The notes under the pieces: model-generated
The model's input: only the letters and a program-made list of their open reading frames with translations
Database searches by the model: none
Told to the model about the DNA's origin: nothing
Assembly: GCF_963921235.1 (NCBI RefSeq)
Contig: NC_086124.1
Coordinates: 16,182,001 to 16,246,000 of the forward strand
Origin: Mobula hypostoma
Lineage: Eukaryota
Length of the DNA stretch: 64,000 bases
Direction: 5' to 3'
Translations under genes and position numbers: made by a program
Shown: piece after piece, positions 1 through 11,930 of the stretch
How positions within the stretch are numbered: the stretch's first letter is position 1
Layout: each line of letters opens with the position of its first letter

Positions 1-129
1 AAAGAAATTTTACCGCCGATACTTCTTCAAGAATTTGACAATATAATTTCCAATCAAATGCAGGTCTATTAATCCTCTTTGTGAAACATAACTTGAGTGT
101 TTGCTACTGAAAGTTTAAATCCCCATCTA

Positions 130-295
130 TCCGCCCGCTATTCGTTTCGTACCTGCCGCCCCGGACCTGACCGGCTGGTTGCCCAGGAAACGACGTCAGT
201 GAAAGGAGCCCAATCTATGACGTCAACGCGCCATGGATCGGTATTCGCTGGGTGTCACGTGATGATGAGGCAGCAGCCGGAGAAGAGGTGAAGTC
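130..295 (+). promoter_or_regulatory. CpG-rich promoter-like region with RFX X-box, CRE, CCAAT and E-box motifs
   Basis: GTTGCCCAGGAAAC at 178-191, CGACGTCA at 191-198, CCAAT at 210-214, TGACGTCA at 218-225, GTCACGTGA at 254-262; CpG-rich against a CpG-depleted background. Target gene not identified. Confidence 0.55.
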
Positions 296-429
296 GCTGT
301 TAATCATAGGAGCCACTGGGAACCCTGTGAACATTATGAATAGATCAGTGAACCCTTCAGGAAAACAAAGAACGTCACCGAAAAACATTTGTCAAACTAA
401 ATTTACTCTCAAACCACGTATATGTCACC

Positions 430-1685
430 AAATGCTACCTTGAGATTCTTTCCTTGCAGGCATTTACAGGAAAATAAATGCAATAGGATTTACTAAAACC
501 AAAAAAATAGCAGAGACTGACAAAGAGCCAATGTGCAAAAAAGGACAAATCTTGCAAATAATAAAAGCAATAAGTAATAATGAGAGCATGAGTTGTAGAG
601 AACTTGAAAGTGAGCCTGTAGGTTGTGGAATCAGTTCTAGTTTAAAGTTCAAAATAAAATTTGTCATCAGGGTATATACATGTCACCACATACATCAGTG
701 AGATTCTTTTTCTGCGGGCATACTTAGAAAATCTATAGAAAATTAACTGTAAACAGCATAAGTAGACAACAAACTGTGCAAGTGTGGATAAAAATAAATC
801 ACAATAAATAATGAGCATTAAATAACAAGATGAACATACCTTAAAGTGAGATTATTGGTTGTGGGAAGAGCAGAAGTAGAATGAGTGTAGTTATCCTCTT
901 TTGTACAAGAGCCTATTGGTTAGGGTGTAGTAACTGCGATGAACCTGGTGGTGCAAATCCTGAGGCACTTGTACCTTCTACCTGATGGCAGCAGCGAGAA
1001 AAGAGCATGGCTTGGGTGGTGAGGACCTTTGATGATAGATGCTGCATTTTTACAATGTTTCATGTGATTCTGCTCAATAGTAGGGAGGGTTTTACCCGAG
1101 ATGTACTGGGCCAAATCCACTACCATTTGTAAGATTTTCAGCTCAAAGGCATTGGTGTTCCCATACCAAGTTGTAATACAGCCAGTCAGCACACTTACAT
1201 CTATAGAAGTTTGCAAAGGTCTTTGATGACATGTCAAGCCTCCGCAGACCCCTGAGGAAGTAGAGGCGCTACTGTCCATAACAGGACCTCTAAGATAGTG
1301 ACCCCCTAGGAATTTCACCAAGTGAAGTTATCTATGCTGTTTCAAGAGCATGAGTAACGTAGGGTAATAACTCTTTGTGAACCTAGTAGTGTGGAACCTC
1401 ATGCTCCTGTACCTCCTTCCTCACGTGTAGTGAGAAGAGACCATGGTGTGGATGATAGTTTTCCCTGATGATGGATGCTGCTTTCTCATGGCAGCGCTCC
1501 TTACAAATGTGCACAATGATGGGGAGGGCTTTGCCTGTGATGAACTGGTCTGTATCCACCACTTTTTGTCGCCTTCATTCCTGGGCATTGGTGTTTTGAT
1601 ATCAGGCCATCATCGAAACAGTTAGGATACTCTCCACTCTGCATCTATATAAGTATGTCAAAGGTTTAGATGACATACTGATTAT
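430..1685 (-). mobile_element. Rex1/Babar-type LINE 3' fragments (several, degraded)
   Basis: ORF 920-1321 contains CITTWYGN...AASIIKGPHHPSHALFSLLPSGRRY, typical of the Rex1/Babar ORF2 C-terminus; a second copy lies at about 1350-1680. Confidence 0.75.
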
Positions 1686-3718
1686 ACTTACAAAATAGTA
1701 ATCTCTGGATCACTTTCAGTGCCATGGGCTGGTGCAGGTAGAAATGGGGTGAAAGCATGGATCAATGAGTGGCTGAGGAGATGGTGCAGGGGACAGGGTT
1801 TCAAATTCTTGGATCATTGGAAACTTGGGGAAGGGCTGACTTCTACAAGAGGGACAGCTTGCACCTAAACTGCAGGGTAACCAATGTCCTGGTCAGGTTG
1901 TTTGCTGATGCTACTTGAGAGAGTTTTGCAGGGAGCTGGGAACCAGAGCACCAGAACAATAAGGGAAGGATCAGACTGAAATGTAGATGTCAGGGTAGGT
2001 ATTAAAAGGCTAAATCAAAATAACAGGTATGATGGTTCAGATAGTTTGAAGTGTGTATATTTTAATGGTAGAGGAATTATCGGTAAGGTAGATGAACTTA
2101 GGGCATAGATCAGTACAAGGAATGATGATGTTGTGACCATTACTGAACCTTGGTTCAGAAAGAGCGATGGCATAGGTGATTAATTTACCAGGGTTTTGAA
2201 GTTTTTGAAAAGATAGAGGAGGAGGTAAAATATTTTTTTGAGGGTGTAGACTTTCACTTCAAATCAAGGACAATATCACAGCTGCACTGGAGGAGACACA
2301 ACAGAGAGTTTAGATACTGAGTCCATTAGGTAGAACTCAGGAATAAGAAGAGTGCAATCACACTGATGGGCTTGTACTAAAGACAATCAGGACATTGCTT
2401 GAATATAGGATGTTGAGGAACAGATATGTAATCAGATTAAGGAAATGTGTAAAAATAATAGGTATGGTGTCAATGGGGAATTTTAACATCCCCAATATAA
2501 ACTCATACCTTCTAGCGCAAGGGGTTTAGATGGGGCAGAATTTTTTAAATGTATCCAGGAGGGGTTCTTCAATCAGTATGTGGACAGTCCACTGAGAAGA
2601 GGGGTTGTACCTGACCTGGTGTTGGGTATTAAGACTGGCCAGGTGACTGAAATTTCAGTGAGTGAGCACTGTTCAGTAGGGAACAGTGACAACAACTCCA
2701 TAGCGTTCCGGATAGGTACTTGTGGGAGAGTTGTAAACTGGAGCTGGATAATTACAAGGGTATTAGGCAGTAACAAAGAAGAGTTAAATGGGTACACCTT
2801 TTTTCTTCATGACCACATTAGACTCGTGGAGGGTGTTTAAAGATCAATTGCACAGAGCACAGGAAAGGTATGTTCCTGTGAGAAGAGAAGACAAGGAATG
2901 AAAGATAAGAGAACCTTGTATACCCAGAGAGGTGATAGATTTACTCAAGAAGAAAAAGTGAAAATTTGGTAAAGCTTTGGAAGTTAGAATCAAACAAAGC
3001 ACAGGAAGATTATAAAGAATCCATAAAAGGACTGAAGAAGGGAATTAGGAAAGCCAGGAGGGGCCATGAAAAGTCCTTGGTAAGGTAGATTAGGTGAATC
3101 ACAAGGCATTCGATACAAACATTAAGAGCAAGAGGAGAAACTAAGGGGAGATAGGACCACTCGAGGATAAAGGGGGGAACATTTTCTTGGATGTAGAGAA
3201 TGTCAGAGAGGTACTTAATAAGTACTTTGCTTATTATTTACCAAGGAACAGGATATGGAAGACTAGGAGATCAGAGCTGAGTGTATAAATAAGTTAGGAC
3301 ATGTGTCAGGGAGGAGGAAGTGTTAGTCCTCCTAATGAGTATTAAGGTGGATAAGTCACCAGGTCCTGATGGGATTTACCCTAGGTTATTGAAGGAAGCA
3401 AGAAGCAAGATTGCTGGGGCCTTGACCAATGCCTTTATGTCCATTTTAGTCACAGGCGAGGTCCTGGAGGACTGGTGAGCAGCTAATGTTATCCTTCTAT
3501 TTATGAAAGGAACAAATGAAAATTCTGGAAAGACTGGTGACTGATGACTCTTATGTCAGCTGCAGGGAAATTGCTGGGGAAAATCCTTATAGACAGGATA
3601 TATGAACATTTGGAAACCCATGGGGAGAGCCACTATGGCTTTGCGTGGTTGTGTCATAACAACTTGATTAAGATTTTTGACAAGGATATGAGCAAGATTG
3701 ATGAGGGTAGGGCAGTAG

Positions 3719-4035
3719 TGCCCCCTCCCCTAGCTGCCTATCACCTCCCTCATGATTCTGCTTCCTTCTACTACCCATTGTGCTTTCCCCAATTCCTTCT
3801 TCACCTTTCCTGCCTATCACCTCCCCGCTTCACCTCCCCCACCCCTTTATCTTTCCCCTTACTGGTTTTTCACCTGGAACCTACAAGTCTTCTCCTTCCC
3901 ACCCTCCCCTCACTTTCTTTATAGGGCCTCTGCCCCTTCCCTCTTCAGTCCTGATGAAGGGGTCTGGCCCGAAACATTGACTGATCATTTCCATGGATGC
4001 TGCCCGACCTGCTGAGTTCCTCCAGCGTGTTGTGA
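3719..4035 (+). mobile_element. Penelope-like element terminal fragment with hammerhead motif
   Basis: Pyrimidine-rich tract, then CAGTC-CTGATGA-AGGGGTCTGGCCC-GAAACATT-GACTG (3946-3983) and the GCTGAGTTCCTCCAGC end shared with other copies in the window. Confidence 0.75.
3946..3983 (+). ncRNA. Minimal type I hammerhead ribozyme motif (slightly decayed)
   Basis: CUGAUGA and GAAA boxes intact; stem I CAGUC/GACUG; stem II GGG/CCC; stem III palindrome ACGU changed to ACAU; cleavage triplet AUU. Confidence 0.65.
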
Positions 4036-4794
4036 GATGTGGTCTACTTCCTAATGATTCTAGTAAGATGCTTAACAAAGCTCCTCATGGAGGCTATTCC
4101 AAAAGATTAAGATGCATGGGGTCCATGACAAATTGTTGTTTGGATCCAAAATTGGCTTGCTCATGGAAGACAGAGGGTGGAGGTCAAAGGGACTTATTCA
4201 AGCTGGAGTTCTGTAATTAGTGGAGTTCTGCAGGGATCTGCGCTGGAATCTCCGTTGTTTCTGATGTATATAAATGACCGAGATGAAAATGTAAATGGGT
4301 GGGTTAGTAAGTTTGCGGATGCTACCAAGTTGGTGGAGTTGTGGATCATGTGGAGGACTAGCAAAGATATAGATCAGTTGCAGATATAGGCAGAGAAATG
4401 GAAGATGGAGTTTATACCAGATAAATGTGAGGTGTTTCACCTTGGTAGGGCAAATGCAAGGACAATATTAAGGGCAAGACCACCACCAATTCTTCCAACA
4501 ATTTAGATATTCCTTGTTGGGTTTGATCAAGAGCATATACTGTTTCATTTGCTAACTTTTCCAGTGCTGATGCCATGTTAATCAGTTCCTGAGCTGCTTT
4601 ACTGGTTCCAGGGGCAAGTGTTACCTTCCCCAGGGATAACACCAAGTCCTTTCACTCTGGTGTTAGCATTGTTTTATGGAGGTATATACCATCCTCTGAA
4701 ACACTCGTTGTTTCCAAATTTATATCCCCATCTTCCCCCCAGTAACATTCTGGCTGTACCGATAAGGGGAGGAAAGGGGGTCTATGCTTCTGAG

Positions 4795-5190
4795 CAACAC
4801 GCACAACTCGCTGGAGGAACTCAGCAGGTTGGGCAGCATCTGTGGAAATGAACAGTCAACGTTTTGGGCTGAGACCCGTCATCAGGACTGAAGGGGGAGG
4901 GGGTAGGTTGCCCTATAAAAAGGTGGGGGGAGGGTGGGAAGGAGAAGGCTGGTAGGTTCCAGGTGAAAAACCAGTAAGGGGAAAGATGAAGGGGTGGGGG
5001 TGGGGAAGCAGGGAGGGGATAGGCAGGAAAGGTGAAGGAGGAATAGGGGAAAGCACAATGGGCAGTAGGAGGAGGTGGAACCATGAGGGAGGTGATAGGC
5101 AGCTGGGGGAGGGGGCAGAGTGAAATTGGGAAGGGGGAAGGGAGGGGGAGAGAATTACTGGATGTTGGAGAATTCAATGTTCATGCCAAG
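4795..5190 (-). mobile_element. Penelope-like element terminal fragment with an inactivated hammerhead motif
   Basis: Reverse-complement copy of 3719-4035; motif at 4853-4890 reads CAGTC-CTGATGA-CGGGTCTCAGCCC-AAAACGTT-GACTG (GAAA changed to AAAA). Confidence 0.75.
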
Positions 5191-5558
5191 GGGATGTTTT
5201 TGAGTCCCATCGTCATATCCAGCGCAGAAGGCTTGAACCAGTTAAAGTAACAGTTCATCTCTGTTTCATCAAAATGGGCACACCTATTTCTACATGTGTT
5301 TGGACAGCCAAACAAACCCAGAAGCTTGAGAAATTGGCCCTGTTTGTATAACTGTAAGTCATTCATAGGGAAGTGTTTGTGGCAGAGAATAGACAAGGGC
5401 TAATCCAGAAATTGTCATTAGGATTCTCTGAGTTTTTAATATATTTTATTCACACTTTCTTGCAGTGAGATGCATGAATCCACAACATATTTTCTCTCAG
5501 CTTGACGGCTGCATTGTAACCAGCAATACCTGAAATGGTCCTTCGAATTGAAGTTCCA

Positions 5559-6629
5559 ATAGACAATAGACAATAGGTGCAGGAGTAGGCCATTCGGCCC
5601 TTCGAGGCAGCACCGCCATTCACTGTGATCATGGCTGATCATCCACAATCAGTATCCAGTTCCTACCTTATCCCCATAACCTTTGATTCCACTATCTTTA
5701 AGAGCTCTATCCATCTCTTTCTTGAAAACATCCAGAGACTTGGCCTCCACAGCCATCTGGGGCAGAACATTCCATACATCCACAACTCTCTGGGTGAAAA
5801 AGTTTTTCCTCAACTCCGTTCTAAATGGCCTACCCCTTATTCTTAAACTGTGGCCTCTAGTTCTGGACTCACACATCAGCGGGAACATGCTTCCTGCCTC
5901 CAGCGTGTCCAATCCCTTAATAATCTTATATGTTTCAATAAGGTCCCCTCTCAGCCTTCTAAATTCCAGAGTGTTCAAGCCCAGTTGCTCCAATCTTTTG
6001 ACATGTGACAGTCCCGCCATCCCGGGAATTAACCTTGTGAGCCTACACTGCACTCCCTCAATAGCAAGAATGTCCTTCCTTAAATTTGGAGACCAAAACT
6101 GCGCACAGTACTCCAGGTGTGGTCTCACCAGGGCCCTGTACAGCTGCAGAAAGACCTCTCTGCTCTTATACTCAATTCCCCTTCTTATGAAGGCCAGCAT
6201 GCCATTAGCTTTCTTCACTGCCTGCTGTACTTGCATGCTTGCTTTCAGTGACAGATGTACAGTGACTGTTGTACTTCCCCTTTTCCTAACTTGACTCCAT
6301 TTAGATTATAATCTGCCTTCCTGTTCTTACTGCCAAAGTGGATAACCTCACATTTATTCACATTAAACTGTATCTGCCATGCATATGCCCACTCACCCAG
6401 CCTGTCCAAGTCACCCTGCATTCTCATAACATCCTCCTCACATTTCACACTGCCACCCAGCTTTGTGTCATTGGCAAATTTGCTAATGTTACTTTTAATT
6501 CCCTCATCTAAATCATTAATATATATTGTAAACAGCTGCAGTCCCAGCACTGAACCCTGCGGTACCCCACTGGTCACCGCCTGCTATTCCAAAAGGGACC
6601 CGTTAATTGCTACTCTTTGTTTTCTGTCA
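5559..6629 (-). mobile_element. 5'-truncated CR1 LINE inserted into the ERV integrase
   Basis: ORFs 6245-6577 (SGVPQGSVLG...KFANDTKL) and 5649-6236 (RT C-terminus); (ATAGACA)n tail at about 5559-5575. Confidence 0.9.
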
Positions 6630-7486
6630 AAGCAATTCTTTCTTTTAACTGTCCAACCCCCATGTAGTCTCCAGGCTCAATGTCATGGCACTTAGCATCG
6701 GCTAATGGCTGCTGGGCTTCCTTTAGCTGTTGATCATATTTGGTAGCTCTCAGAGGCACATCAGATGGAAGGTGCAGGGGTTGTCCCATTGTGGTTTAAT
6801 GTGGGGACAAATCAATGTTCTATTAACAGTGGCTCGAATAGTCATCAGAACCAAAGGCAGCACTTGCTTCCAGTTTAGTTCAGTTTCCTCACACACTTCT
6901 TAAATTGTTCAGCTCACTCTTTCCACTGGGGCCGCTGACTGAGGATGATAGCTACAATGGAAATGTTGATCCACCTGTAAGGCTTTGCTTGCTTCTTTAA
7001 ATACGCTACCAGTGAAATTGCGACTGTTGTTGCTAGATAGTTTCCAGGGGATCCCAAATCACAGGATTATTTCCTTTTACAGATATTTCACTACTGTAAC
7101 TGTATCATTCTTTCTACAAGGAAATGCTTCAACCATTGTTAGATCATATCAATAATGACTAATACCCTTTACATTAAATCAATTTAATAAAGTCAATCTG
7201 TAAGTGTACAAAGGGGCTATCTGACAGTGGGGTATTAACCTCTCTTACTTATGTTAGCTTTCCCAGATTCTGTAAGGTACATCATACATTGTCTAAGGAT
7301 TTGTTCTGCAACTTGAGATACTCCAGGGGCATGGCAAATTCGGGCTTATTTAATTAATTCTTCCCTTCTTGCCCAGATGTGTGAACTTGTGAACACACTG
7401 CGGAATTCATGCTACCAGTTTACCTGGGGCCATAACAAGTCCACCGGAGTAAAGCCACAGACCATCGTGCTGCTTAAAACTCAGCT

Positions 7487-8385
7487 CTTTTTTTTAACAA
7501 AACTAGAAATGTTTATTTACACAAAAGTACACAACATACAAACATCTAATATTTACAAGAGATTAAATAAATTCAAATTAAAATATCATTATTACTATCT
7601 ATAAAACAATCAATCCCCTGGGGCCTCACCGTTCCCAGAAATCAGAATCAGATTTCATATCACCGATATGTGTTGTGAAATTTGTTACCTTTATGGCAAC
7701 ATTAAAATGAAATACATGATAAATAAATATAGAGAAAAAAACCTGAGTTATATTAAGTATATATATATATGTTTAGTAATAGTTAAGTTAAAATAAGTAG
7801 AGCAAAAAACAGAATTAAAGAAGTAGTGGGGTAGTGTTCATGAGTTCAATGTCATTTAGAAATCAGATGGCCGGGGGGAAGAAGCTGTTGCTGAATCACT
7901 GAGTGTGTGCCTTCAGGCTTCTGTACCTCCTTCCTGATGGTAACAGTGTGAACAGGGCATGAACTGGGTAGTAGGGATCCTTAATGATGGGCACCACATT
8001 CCGAAGGCACTGCTCCTTGAAGATGTCTTGGATACAATGGAGGCTATTACCCATGATGGAGCTGACTAATTTTACAAGTTTCTGCAACTTATTTCACTCT
8101 TGTGCTATAGTACCGCACCCCCCCCAACCAGATGGTGATGCAGCACTCAGTCAGAATGCTCTCCACAGTACATTTGCAGAAATTTTCAAGTATTTTAGTT
8201 GACAAAGCAAAATCTCTTCAATCTCCCCCACTGTACCCATCATGACTGAATGCTCTCTCTTCTGGGCACATTGGTAGAGGGGCAGACTGTCAGCCCTGGC
8301 AGTGCTTTCGAGAGTCTGCCGCCTCGACCTGTGACTGGCCATCCTGGCCAGGCCCAGGAGCAAGCTAGGATCCTTTTCAATCTTG
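7487..8385 (-). mobile_element. Tx1/L1 3' fragment split by a Rex1/Babar insertion (about 7645-8220)
   Basis: Poly-T tail at about 7488; LLLGLARMASHRSRR...REHSVMMGTVG (8220-8380) resembles the Tx1 ORF2 end; internal insert encodes HALFTLLPSGRRYRSLKAHT. Confidence 0.65.
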
Positions 8386-8499
8386 CCAGTCATAATATTA
8401 GGTCGGATTGTAGCGCAGTTTGTTTGATCTTATTGACTTAAGCAAAAGGTTAGGTGGCTGCACCATGCCACTCCTGTGTTGAATGATTTGTTACCGATA

Positions 8500-8689
8500 C
8501 AGAATTCACATATTTGTAATTAATTTAGATCACCTTGTAGAGATCTGTTTTCATTTTCATACGAAAGAGTCTTTTTCTGTTGATCAGAGGGGAAAAAAAG
8601 CCAAATTAAATTCATTGTGATTCAATGTTGTAAAACAATAAGACATGAAAACTTCCAAGGCGGATGAATACATTTTATAGGCATTGTAT
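8500..8689. mobile_element. Tc1/mariner terminal remnant
   Basis: Reverse complement of 8650-8689 reads TACAATGCCTATAAAATGTATTCATCCGCCTTGGAAGTTTT, resembling a Tc1 TIR with a terminal TA. Confidence 0.55.
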
Positions 8690-9029
8690 CTTGCAACTTG
8701 TACTTAATCTAGTGTTTTGTTCTTACATAATGTACCAATAAGGGATCAAAGTATAGAGCATAAGGAAAGAGTTGCATTTGATTCCTGCTTGTTATCTGCT
8801 AAACAGTCTAACAGAAAATGGAGGTTTGTAAGATAAGATGGTCTCAGCTTGGAATGTGGGAGTAGTCTGAAGTTGTGCATGGACACACATCACTGAGATG
8901 GGATACTGGTGAAGAATGTGGGCTGAATGGCCTGTTCCTGTACTGTACTGTTCTGTGTTCAGTACAGTGTGCTTGATATGGTCAACATGAGGCAGGCATT
9001 ATTGGGGAATCAGAGATTCAGGGGGTCAG

Positions 9030-9745
9030 TAAATTTAAATTCCTTGACATTATCATTTCAGAGAATCCTTCCTGTGATAAGCATGTAAGTGTCATTACAA
9101 GGAAGGCATGACAGTAGCTTTATTTAGAACTTTGCATGTAACTGGAATGTCAAACTAAGATTTTGACATACTTATATAGAGCACAGTGGAGAGTATGCTG
9201 ACTGGGTGCATGAAAGCCTGTAATGGAAACGTCAATGAATGCTCAGGAACGGTGAAGTGTAGAAAAGTGGTGGATACAACCCAGATCATCACAGGCAAAG
9301 CCCTCCCCATCACTGAGCACAGTTACAAGGAGTTCTGCCATAAGAAAGCAGCATCTAGGACATCCATCGACCATGCCATGTTGTCTTCTCGCTGAAGGAG
9401 ATACAGGAGCCATTAGTCCCACACCACCAGGTTCAGGAAGAGTTATTACCCTCCACCAATCCCGCTCTTGAGACAGCATGGTAACCCTCACTGAAATAAT
9501 TCCACAATATACAGATTCACTTTCAAGTTTTCTGCAGCTCATGTTCTCACTATTATCTATTGTTTTTATTATTTGCACGATTTGTCTTTTATTGCACATT
9601 AGTTGTTTGTCAATCTGTGCCATTTATAATTTTCATAAATTCCTTTGCATTTATTTTCCTGTAAATGCCTACAAGGAAAGAATCTCAAGGTAATATATGG
9701 TGACATATAAGTGGTTTGATAGTAAATTTACTTTGACTTTGACAA
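9030..9745 (+). mobile_element. Rex1/Babar LINE 3' fragment
   Basis: VESMLTGCMKACNGN...KKAAS; (CTTTGA)n tail at about 9731-9743. Confidence 0.7.
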
Positions 9746-9839
9746 ATGTTTTTCAGTAACATTCTTTGTTTTCATGAAGGGTTCCGTGATTTATCTATAA
9801 TGTTCACAAGGTTCCCATCGCTCCTCTGATCGACATTTC

Positions 9840-10060
9840 CCTCTTTCCCTTCTCCGGGCTTCTGCCTCACGGTCACGGGTTACCCTGCGATTTGCCGATC
9901 TAGGACGTGATGGCGTCACAGAGTGACCCTCCCCCTTTCACTGACGTCGTTTCCCCGGCAACGGTCCGGAGCCGGACTGAACTTTTCTTGAACAATGGAG
10001 ACATATTTGAGGTTTTCCTTTCCACTGGGACGTTCCTGAAACACAGTGAGTTTTGACAAA
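9840..10060. promoter_or_regulatory. CpG-rich promoter-like region with RFX/CRE module
   Basis: CCTTTCACTGACGTCGTTTCCCCGGCAAC (9934-9962) is the reverse complement of 178-206 at 27/29 positions; TGGCGTCA nearby; possible splice donor GTGAGT at about 10047. Confidence 0.5.
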
Positions 10061-10619
10061 TTTCAACTGGTATCTCCACTTTTTCTCCAGGTACTTTCAG
10101 TAAAACCCTCGAGTGGAGTTTTGCATTTCGTCCTATTCGTTTTTCTCTCGTGATGGTGACTGTAGCAAATTATTTCACAGTGTTGAAATGTCAATCGAAT
10201 ATTATTTTTTGGGATGTTTGCATGTCCCCGATACGAACTCTACTGAGTTTAACACATCGCAATTTCCCTGCTAGTTTTAGCTGTAGAGTCTCTCACCGCA
10301 GGTTCCTGTCGGGTTCTCAGTCTGCTGGTCTATCTCCAGCTCGTCTCAGCTTCTGTGCTCTAGTCTTTGGTTTAATATTTCAATTGACCTCGTTTGCTGA
10401 CCACAGATGTTCATCTTTCTCCTGCATCCCTCTCTCTAACTGGAGTCAAAGTTTGCTGAACATTATGAACCAGCTATTGAAACATCTGTCACTTCATCTA
10501 CTGATCTGTCCCTGAGCCTATTTACCCCGTCCACTTCAGACAACTCCACCGTTACACCCGTGTAATTGACCTTATTTAGGTTGGGGACATTGAGGGTAAA
10601 CACACGTCCAGAACCAAAG

Positions 10620-11105
10620 GATGTTCACAAAAATGATTTCAGGATTGAATGGATTGTCATATGAACAGCGTTTTATGGTTCTGGGCCTGTATCTACTAGA
10701 ATTCAGGAGAATGAGGGGAGACCTCATTGAAGCCTATCAAATGGGGAAAGGCTTTGATGGAGTGGATGTGGATGTTTCCTATGGTGGGGAGAGTCTAAGA
10801 CCAGAGTACACAGCCTCAGAAAGCAGGGGGAGGGGGGTGGTGTCCTTTGAGAACAGTTGAGGAATTTCTTTAGCCAGAGAGTGGTGAATCTGTGGATTTC
10901 TTTGCCACATGCGGCTCTGGTGGCCAAGTCTTTATGTTTATTTAAGGCAATGGTTGATAGACTCTTGATTGTTCAGGGCGTGAGGGGATACGGGAAGAAA
11001 GAAGGAGATTGAGACTCAGAGGAAAATTGGATCAACCATAATGAAATGGCAGAGCAGACTCAATGGGCCAAGTGGCCTAATTCTGCTCTGATATCTTATG
11101 GTCTA
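10620..11105 (+). mobile_element. CR1 3' fragment
   Basis: LGLYLLEFRRMRGDLIEAY and a CR1-type 3' end. Confidence 0.8.
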
Positions 11106-11644
11106 CTCTGTGTCAAGTTGGGGGAACTTCTCCCTCGAGGATCCTTCTCAGATGATCTGTTATTAATCCCACCTCATTGCACAGGTTACAAACAAAGCAG
11201 CCTGTTCCTGTTTAGGTTCTGTAACATACTGCTGTAAGCAAGAGTCCCTGGCCAGTCCACAAATTCCTCTTCCACTCTACCTTGCCAGTTTGATTAGTTT
11301 TATCAACACAGAGATTAAACTCACCTATGATAATCACAATTACTGTACCTTCTTATCCCCCTTTGATAATTTCTCCTTTCGTGTTTTGTCCCATAAAGAG
11401 GCAACATCTGAGAGTGTAGAGACCACTCCTACCCACATTGTCCTTCCCCTGTTTTTCGTTGTCTACTGTATTGATCAAAATCTACCCTACTGATGTCCAT
11501 CCAGTCTCCTTGTAATTCAGACCCTCCTGTCCCAGTGACATCCTTGCAAATGTTTTCTGCTCCCTTTGCAGCTGAAGTGACATCCTGACATCCTTCCCAC
11601 GGCTCAGTCTGCCAAGTGCAGTCTCACCAACATCTTGTGCAGTT

Positions 11645-11930
11645 TATTTATTTAGAGAGGCTGTTCAGAACAGGCCCTTCTGGACCAACAAGCCACACCA
11701 CCCAGAAACCCACCTATTTAACAGCAGCATAATCACAGGGCAATTTATAATGACCAATTGACCCCCTAACCAATATGTCTTCAGTGTGGGAGGAAATCGG
11801 AGCACCCAGAGGAAACCCACACATTAATGGGGAGAAGGCATCCTCCTTACAGGTGACGCTGAAATGGAAGTCTGAACTGCAGAATTCCCCAAGATCTAAC
11901 AGCGTTGTGTTACGCTGTAACATGACATCC
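11645..11930 (-). mobile_element. SINE remnant (V-SINE/HE1-like)
   Basis: GGAGGAAATCGGAGCACCCAGAGGAAACCCACAC core characteristic of V-domain SINEs. Confidence 0.5.

Larger units (their letters stand above)
1700..4480 (+). mobile_element. Degraded CR1 LINE (ORF1 end, endonuclease, RT), interrupted by a Penelope-like fragment at about 3719-4035
   Basis: Remnants such as KSPGPDGIYP, SGVLQGSALESPLFLMYIND and WVSKFADATK; many stops and frameshifts. Confidence 0.85.
4482..7485 (-). mobile_element. Class I (gamma/epsilon-like) endogenous retrovirus remnant: integrase plus env fragments, split by CR1 and Penelope insertions
   Basis: Minus-strand translation: VHKFTHLGKKG (about 7360-7395), PFVHLQIDFI, WVEAFPCRKND, FGIPWKLSSNN, CSYHPQSAAPVER, CHDIEPGDY, FEGPFQVLLVT...AVKLRENMLWIHASHCKKV* (ends 5450), then an env TM-like heptad GTSKAAQELINMASALEKLANETVYALDQTQQGISKLLEELV (about 4485-4610). 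Confidence 0.85.

Noticed and set aside
5683-6294. 203-aa plus-strand ORF
   Set aside because: Antisense frame of CR1 reverse transcriptase; similar frames recur at the other CR1 copies.
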